15,002 bases of DNA from a candidate division FCPU426 bacterium (lineage in GTDB: Bacteria; Oederibacteriota; Muellerivitia; Muellerivitales; Muellerivitaceae): positions 1 to 15,002 of the forward strand of contig CAWKAR010000009.1 of NCBI GenBank assembly GCA_963847625.1, written 5' to 3'. The translations under genes were made by a program, and so were the position numbers. Under the pieces are notes generated by a model. It was not told where the DNA came from. It did no database searches and worked only from the letters and a program-made list of their open reading frames with translations. Positions 10,456 through 15,002 of this stretch are shown here, piece by piece (positions within the stretch are counted from its first letter, which is position 1; every line of letters begins with the position of its first letter).

Positions 10456-10764
10456 TGTCATTGCGACGAGTGGCCGCCGCATAGGCGGCCGATTACGAGG
10501 AAGCAACCTCAGTTTTAAGAACAGGTTTTGCCCTAGGCAAAACCCACAGCTTTAAACCACCCATGAACTTAGGTTGTACGTTGGCCCTTTGGGCCAAGTA
10601 TGGTTGGCCTGAATTTCAGGCCAACTACTTCAAGCCTTCCGCAAAATTCGCGGTTCGCATGCCCCCTGAAACGGCAAAGCCGTTTCCTTCCATAAAACAA
10701 TAAAAGGGGTCGGTATAGTACCGATTTCTAAATAATGCTTTTATAGGTAATCGGCACAATGACA
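10456..10764. repeat. Composite palindromic element (REP/MITE-like or structured ncRNA) with complementary ends and 6-7 internal hairpins
   Basis: Ends TGTCATTG (10456-10463) / CAATGACA (10757-10764); GCCGATTAC (10488-10496) / GTAATCGGC (10747-10755); AAGCA (10501-10505) / TGCTT (10736-10740). Internal perfect stems at 10472-10490, 10524-10544, 10581-10597, 10603-10625, 10668-10686 and 10710-10724. Confidence 0.7.
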
Positions 10765-10820
10765 GCATGAATATTGGTCTTCACGTTAATTTAACACTCC
10801 AGGTCTGCTGAAACAATCGG

Positions 10821-12611
10821 TCAAGGTTTGGAAGCCGTCAAGGCCTGGATTTTCCCATTGATTTCAGCGGCCTTTTCCGTTTCTCCCTGCATTTGGTAAG
10901 CCGTCTCCAATCGCGATAAATATCCGCATGCCTTTTTGATATGCCCCTGCAGGTAAGAGGCCACTGCCAGGTTGTTCAATGCTTGGTCATAGCTTGGCGC
11001 GATGGACAAGGCCTTGCCACCCTCCGCTTCCGCCTCGGCCCATTTTTTTTCCTTCCCGAACAACATGCAGAGGCTGGAGTGCGCCTCGGCGTCATAGGGA
11101 TAGGCTTCGGCAACCTTCACTAACGTCTGGATGGCCTCGTCCTGCCGGCCCAGGTCGTCCAACAGGACCGCCTTTTGGTTGAAGATCCGGGGATCGAGAT
11201 AATGGAAGAAACCCACGGAGGGAGAAAAATCCAATAATTTCAACGCGTTTTCAAACTGTTGGGCATTGGTTAAATCTATGGCCTTGTGCAGATGGGCGTT
11301 TTGGGCCCCCACCTTCATGGCTTGGCCGCATACTAGCAACAAAATAATGATTATCACCCATCTCATCGTCCCCCCCGGTTTCGGAGGGGACGGTGCCTCC
11401 CGATTTTTTTCCCAACTGGGATTGAACATCAGGGCTAAAACACAGGCCGTCGGAACCACCGACGTGGGAAAATTAAAGAAGGAAAGAACGCCCATTCCCG
11501 CCATCAAGGCCAATTCGCTTCCCGCGTAGGGTTCAGGGGAACGAAGCCGCCGTTTAACCAATCCCCACAGGAAAAGCACCCCAAAGGCCAAACCAGCCAA
11601 GCCCCTTTCTGCGAGGGTCTCCAAATATTCCTCGTGGGCGTGAAAAGCGGTCCAATAGGGCCGCAGGGGCTCCCTTTGGGATAGCGCGGATTGGAAACGG
11701 TGGAAATGGTTGGCATATCCTCCGGGCCCTTGGCCCAGCCAGGGTTTCTCTTTCCATTGTTCCAAAGCCACCCGCCACATGAAATACCTCCCCTGGGCGT
11801 CGGCGCTTTGGGGATGGAAAACAGACTCCGCCCTTTCCCGGAGGGAGGGTATCAATAGGAGGATCAGAAGAAACAAGATCGCGGACCCCAGCGCCCATTT
11901 CCAAAAGTGATTTTTCTTCCAAAACAAAAGCGAGAAAACAGCCGCTTCCGCCAGGAATCCCAGCCAGGCCCCCCGGGTCTGGGCGGCCAGGAGGCTTGCG
12001 AATAAAATCCCGAGGCACGCCAGCCAGGCGGTGCTTTCTTTTTTTCCCGGTGAGGAGAGTGCCAGATGAAGGGCGCATGGAAGGGCCAGTAACACCTGCC
12101 CCGCCCAAAAAATCGGATCGCCCAGCGTCGAGAAGCCCCTCCCGCTGAAATGGGTATTCCAACCGCCCATGTCAAAACCCAGGACCTGGGATAAGCCGTA
12201 TAGGGAGCACAAGACCGTCGATCCCGTGATAAACGCGAGGAATTTTCTCTTATCCAGGAAGCCCCCAATGGGAACCAGGAAAAGGAAAGCCGACAGGATC
12301 CAAAGGTAGTTCTGGGTCGGAAAAAAGAAGGTGACTTCCCGGGTCTCGCGGATGAAGGAATAGATTCCCACGGCAAGATATCCCAGGAAACTAAAGTAAA
12401 TAAAATGGTTCCTGGTTAAAGGGGTTTTCCAACTTGAGGCCGGCACGGCCAGGAATAGGAAGGAAATTGCGAACAGGGCCAGCAGGGCCTGGGTTAACTC
12501 GAAACCGTCTTCCAATGAAATGGAAAAGGAAAGGGGTACGATAAAAACGATGAACAAAACCGCGAGGGCAACGGCCCTGGGGCGGGATTGTCTCGAAATT
12601 GAATTAGCCAT
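10821..12611 (-). CDS. O-antigen ligase / O-oligosaccharyltransferase-like (Wzy_C) polytopic membrane protein with C-terminal TPRs
   Basis: Many TM segments; RGFSTLGDP, TRGAWLG, RYFMW..ALEQWKEKPWLGQGPGGY, HAHEEYLETLAERGLAG; TPR-like tail (YPYDAEAHSSL, APSYDQALNNLAV). ATG at 12611 follows a purine-rich SD-like run; GTG at 12683 is an alternative start. Confidence 0.85.
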   Translation of the reverse strand: MANSISRQSRPRAVALAVLFIVFIVPLSFSISLEDGFELTQALLALFAISFLFLAVPASSWKTPLTRNHFIYFSFLGYLAVGIYSFIRETREVTFFFPTQNYLWILSAFLFLVPIGGFLDKRKFLAFITGSTVLCSLYGLSQVLGFDMGGWNTHFSGRGFSTLGDPIFWAGQVLLALPCALHLALSSPGKKESTAWLACLGILFASLLAAQTRGAWLGFLAEAAVFSLLFWKKNHFWKWALGSAILFLLILLLIPSLRERAESVFHPQSADAQGRYFMWRVALEQWKEKPWLGQGPGGYANHFHRFQSALSQREPLRPYWTAFHAHEEYLETLAERGLAGLAFGVLFLWGLVKRRLRSPEPYAGSELALMAGMGVLSFFNFPTSVVPTACVLALMFNPSWEKNREAPSPPKPGGTMRWVIIIILLLVCGQAMKVGAQNAHLHKAIDLTNAQQFENALKLLDFSPSVGFFHYLDPRIFNQKAVLLDDLGRQDEAIQTLVKVAEAYPYDAEAHSSLCMLFGKEKKWAEAEAEGGKALSIAPSYDQALNNLAVASYLQGHIKKACGYLSRLETAYQMQGETEKAAEINGKIQALTASKP

Positions 12612-12822
12612 TCCCTTCCCCTTTTGGATTTCATCCAACTCATTCCGCATTTCCAGCCATTGAGGATTATCCCAAAAAGACACTTGGAAGTGTTAAACCA
12701 ACTTGCTCAAAATCGGAGTTAATACGGTAAAAACGCGGAACGGGGAAAGAAAAGGCCGGGATGAATCAGAGCCAAATCATCGGAAGAGTTTTCAATAACC
12801 TTCGCAAAATGTCCGGGAAATT

Positions 12823-14685
12823 CTAGTTAAGTCTTTTAAATTTTAACTGTTGGCCCGGCCCCAATATTCCGGTTCGCCCCGCCGGGCCGGAACTGCGGGC
12901 TTTTTGAACCGCCGAGTTTAAGTGGCGAAAAATCATCTGGTTGTCCGGCTCCAGGGACATTGCCTTTTGGAAAGCCTTGACGGCTTCCGGATAATTTTTC
13001 AAGGATTCGTAACTTAAACCCAACATGTCATAAGCCTTCGGGAGATTGGGGGTGATCCTGGCAGCTGTCAAAGCCTCCTGAACGGATTCCTTGAATCTTC
13101 CTGATTTGTAGTCGATGTACCAGAGATTGAAATGAGGAATGTCAAATTGCGGGTTCAAGGCGGCAGCGGCCTCGAATTCCTTCTCCGCTTCTTGAATACG
13201 GCCCGTTTTGCCAAGAATGATCCCTCTTCCATTATGCCCGAGGACATTGGAAGGATTCATCTCAAGTACGCGGTCATAAGTTTTCAAGGAGTCTTCCAAC
13301 CGGCCCGCCCGTTCGTAAGCGCCGCCTAGGTCGGTATAGGCAATTTCCAAGTTCTCAGGGTGGATCTTAATGACATTCTCCCAAAGCGATACGGAATTAT
13401 TCCAAATCCCTGCCTGCCGGTAGGACCCCATCCCCAAGCCGAGCGCCAGGAATGCCGTCAAGATTGCCAATAACTTCAGGCGGTTGGAGAGAACGATTGC
13501 CGCCAAAGCCGCCGTGACCATAAAGGGGGCCAGACTTGGCAGGTAGGTGTACCGGTCCGCGGCGGCCTGATAGCCAAATTGCAAGATGCCCAGGACGGGA
13601 GCGAGGGTAATACTGTAATAAAGAAACGCGGCAGTCAAAAAAGGAAACTTTTTGCGGTAAAAGATGCAAGCCATTGCGGCCAAAGCCACCATCAAGACCG
13701 CGGCCAGGTTTTCCAGCCTGAAGGCGCTCTCTTTTGCCAGCGCGGGATATAACGCCGACAAGTTCACCGGCACCAGCATTTTCCATAAATAAAAAATCAG
13801 GGAATGAAAGGAGTTCATGACCCGGAACGATAGGGGTAATTTTTCTATGGCCGTCAGGGCCCCCGAGCGCGATTGGACCAGGATCGTCAGCCAACCCGAT
13901 AAAAAGGACAGGGCGAAAAAGGGCGCCTTTTCCAGGAGCGTTTTGGAAAAACCCCCCGTCAGGCGCTTTAAAGGCCAGCCATCTAAAACCAGCAAAACGA
14001 AAGGAAGCGAGATCGCCATGGGTTTAGCCATCAAAGCCAGGATAAAAAACGCCAGGCAGACTGCGTATTTCCAAACCCTCTTCGCCGGGGCGCATGTGGA
14101 ATAATCCAGGTAGGCCATGAGGCTTAGAAGAAAGAAAAATCCGCTGAGGAGATCCTTGCGCTCCGAGGCCCAAGCCACGGATTCCACATGAATAGGATGA
14201 AGCCCAAAAAACAACGCCGACAGGAAGGCCGCGGGAAGGGCCCAAAACACAGGAGCTTCATTTTCCTGCCGCGGACTTTCCTTTCCCGCCAAGCCAAATA
14301 TCCTATAGCTGAGGAGGAATACAATGGCTGTGTTCAAGCAATGCAAGAGTAAGTTATGCAGGTGATAGACCCAGGGATTCAACTTGCCGAAAAAATAATC
14401 CACTGAATAGGAAATCCAAGTCAGGGGAATCCAATTATCGGCCAGGAACGGGGTGAACATCCATTTGATCGATGCCGGACCCCAGGAACGAATATAGGGG
14501 TTATCCTGGACCAAAAGCGGATCATCCCAATCCACGAAGTCATTATTCAATGCGGATTGATACGCCAGGAATGTGAGAAACGGCGCGATTAAAATGGCCG
14601 CCCAGAAAAAGCGCTTGTCGCCCCAAGGGTAGGATTCTTTATGGCCGGCGTTCATTGCTGGAATTGTGGCTTTTACATCAGGCAT
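12823..14685 (-). CDS. TMTC-like GT-C glycosyltransferase (putative protein O-mannosyltransferase) with C-terminal TPRs
   Basis: First-loop FVDWDD...NP acidic motif, WIPLT, YHLHNLLLH, HPIHVESVAWASERKDLL, ALMAKP, ADRYTYLP, WNNSVSLW, then about four TPRs. ATG at 14685 has SD AAAGGA (14695-14700); the track's TTG at 14727 is less likely. Confidence 0.88.
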   Translation of the reverse strand: MPDVKATIPAMNAGHKESYPWGDKRFFWAAILIAPFLTFLAYQSALNNDFVDWDDPLLVQDNPYIRSWGPASIKWMFTPFLADNWIPLTWISYSVDYFFGKLNPWVYHLHNLLLHCLNTAIVFLLSYRIFGLAGKESPRQENEAPVFWALPAAFLSALFFGLHPIHVESVAWASERKDLLSGFFFLLSLMAYLDYSTCAPAKRVWKYAVCLAFFILALMAKPMAISLPFVLLVLDGWPLKRLTGGFSKTLLEKAPFFALSFLSGWLTILVQSRSGALTAIEKLPLSFRVMNSFHSLIFYLWKMLVPVNLSALYPALAKESAFRLENLAAVLMVALAAMACIFYRKKFPFLTAAFLYYSITLAPVLGILQFGYQAAADRYTYLPSLAPFMVTAALAAIVLSNRLKLLAILTAFLALGLGMGSYRQAGIWNNSVSLWENVIKIHPENLEIAYTDLGGAYERAGRLEDSLKTYDRVLEMNPSNVLGHNGRGIILGKTGRIQEAEKEFEAAAALNPQFDIPHFNLWYIDYKSGRFKESVQEALTAARITPNLPKAYDMLGLSYESLKNYPEAVKAFQKAMSLEPDNQMIFRHLNSAVQKARSSGPAGRTGILGPGQQLKFKRLN

Positions 14686-14736
14686 ATTGAAAATTCCTTT
14701 AACCAAAAGACCTCTGAAACTAATCAACGCGGAGCT

Positions 14737-14745
14737 ATTCTATCA
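14737..14745 (-). promoter_or_regulatory. Putative extended -10 promoter for the TMTC-like gene
   Basis: Minus strand TG-A-TAGAAT, about 50 nt upstream of ATG 14685. No clear -35 element. Confidence 0.45.
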
Positions 14746-14753
14746 AACACCAC

Positions 14754-14792
14754 TCCCGCCGGTAGGCGGCCGGGCCATGCCGGCGGGAATCC
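14754..14792. repeat. GC-rich REP-like palindrome
   Basis: TCCCGCCGG (14754-14762) / CCGGCGGGA (14780-14788), followed by ATCC. Confidence 0.6.
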
Positions 14793-14812
14793 GAGCCATG
14801 ATTGGAGACTGT

Positions 14813-14903
14813 GATTGTGGCAACCGATTGTGCCATCTCGGTTTTACCGGGTTTGGCACAATTGCTCAGAAGTGGCACAATCCCCGAAAAGTGGCACAAT
14901 CCC
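14813..14903. repeat. Five copies of a TGGCACAATC-type 10-mer (two inverted, three direct at 19-nt period)
   Basis: GATTGTGGCA 14813, GATTGTGCCA 14826, TGGCACAATT 14854, TGGCACAATC 14873, TGGCACAATC 14892. Confidence 0.85.
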
Positions 14904-14923
14904 GATAACCCAGTATCGGAGGG

Positions 14924-14982
14924 GATAAACTGCCCACATTCCTAGTAACATCTGCCGGCAAGGGAGATAAACTGCCCACATT
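14924..14982. repeat. 17-bp perfect direct repeat, 42-nt period
   Basis: GATAAACTGCCCACATT at 14924-14940 and 14966-14982. Flanks are also similar (G-rich before, AGTA 3 nt after). Confidence 0.85.
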
Positions 14983-15002
14983 TCCAGTACAGGAAGCCGT
15001 GT

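Noticed and set aside
14854..14866. Sigma54 promoter-like TGGCAC..TTGCT
   Set aside because: Only 2 nt separate TGGCAC and TTGC, whereas sigma54 requires about 5.
14666..14908. 80-aa plus-strand ORF across the repeat cluster
   Set aside because: It overlaps the TMTC-like start and promoter on the opposite strand, has no SD, and the repeat period is not a multiple of three.
14813..14982. CRISPR array
   Set aside because: Repeats are 10-17 bp with periods of 19 and 42 nt, there are too few copies, and no cas genes lie in the window.

Overview
Bacterial chromosomal window of undetermined lineage; every credible gene is on the minus strand. In transcription order (right to left): a TMTC-like GT-C glycosyltransferase with TPRs, an O-antigen-ligase/O-oligosaccharyltransferase-like protein with TPRs, a bifunctional Rel (RelA/SpoT), ridA, an unknown B-box/Pro-rich single-pass membrane protein, guaB, a small ABM-like protein, guaA, and the first 728 codons of dnaE (absent from the ORF track because it runs off the left edge). 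The most unusual non-coding features are a ~310-bp self-closing, multi-hairpin element upstream of rel (10456-10764) and a dense repeat/palindrome cluster at the right edge (14754-14982). The DnaE has a degenerate PHP metal site and appears to be leaderless. All calls come from reading motifs by eye; no searches or folding programs were run.
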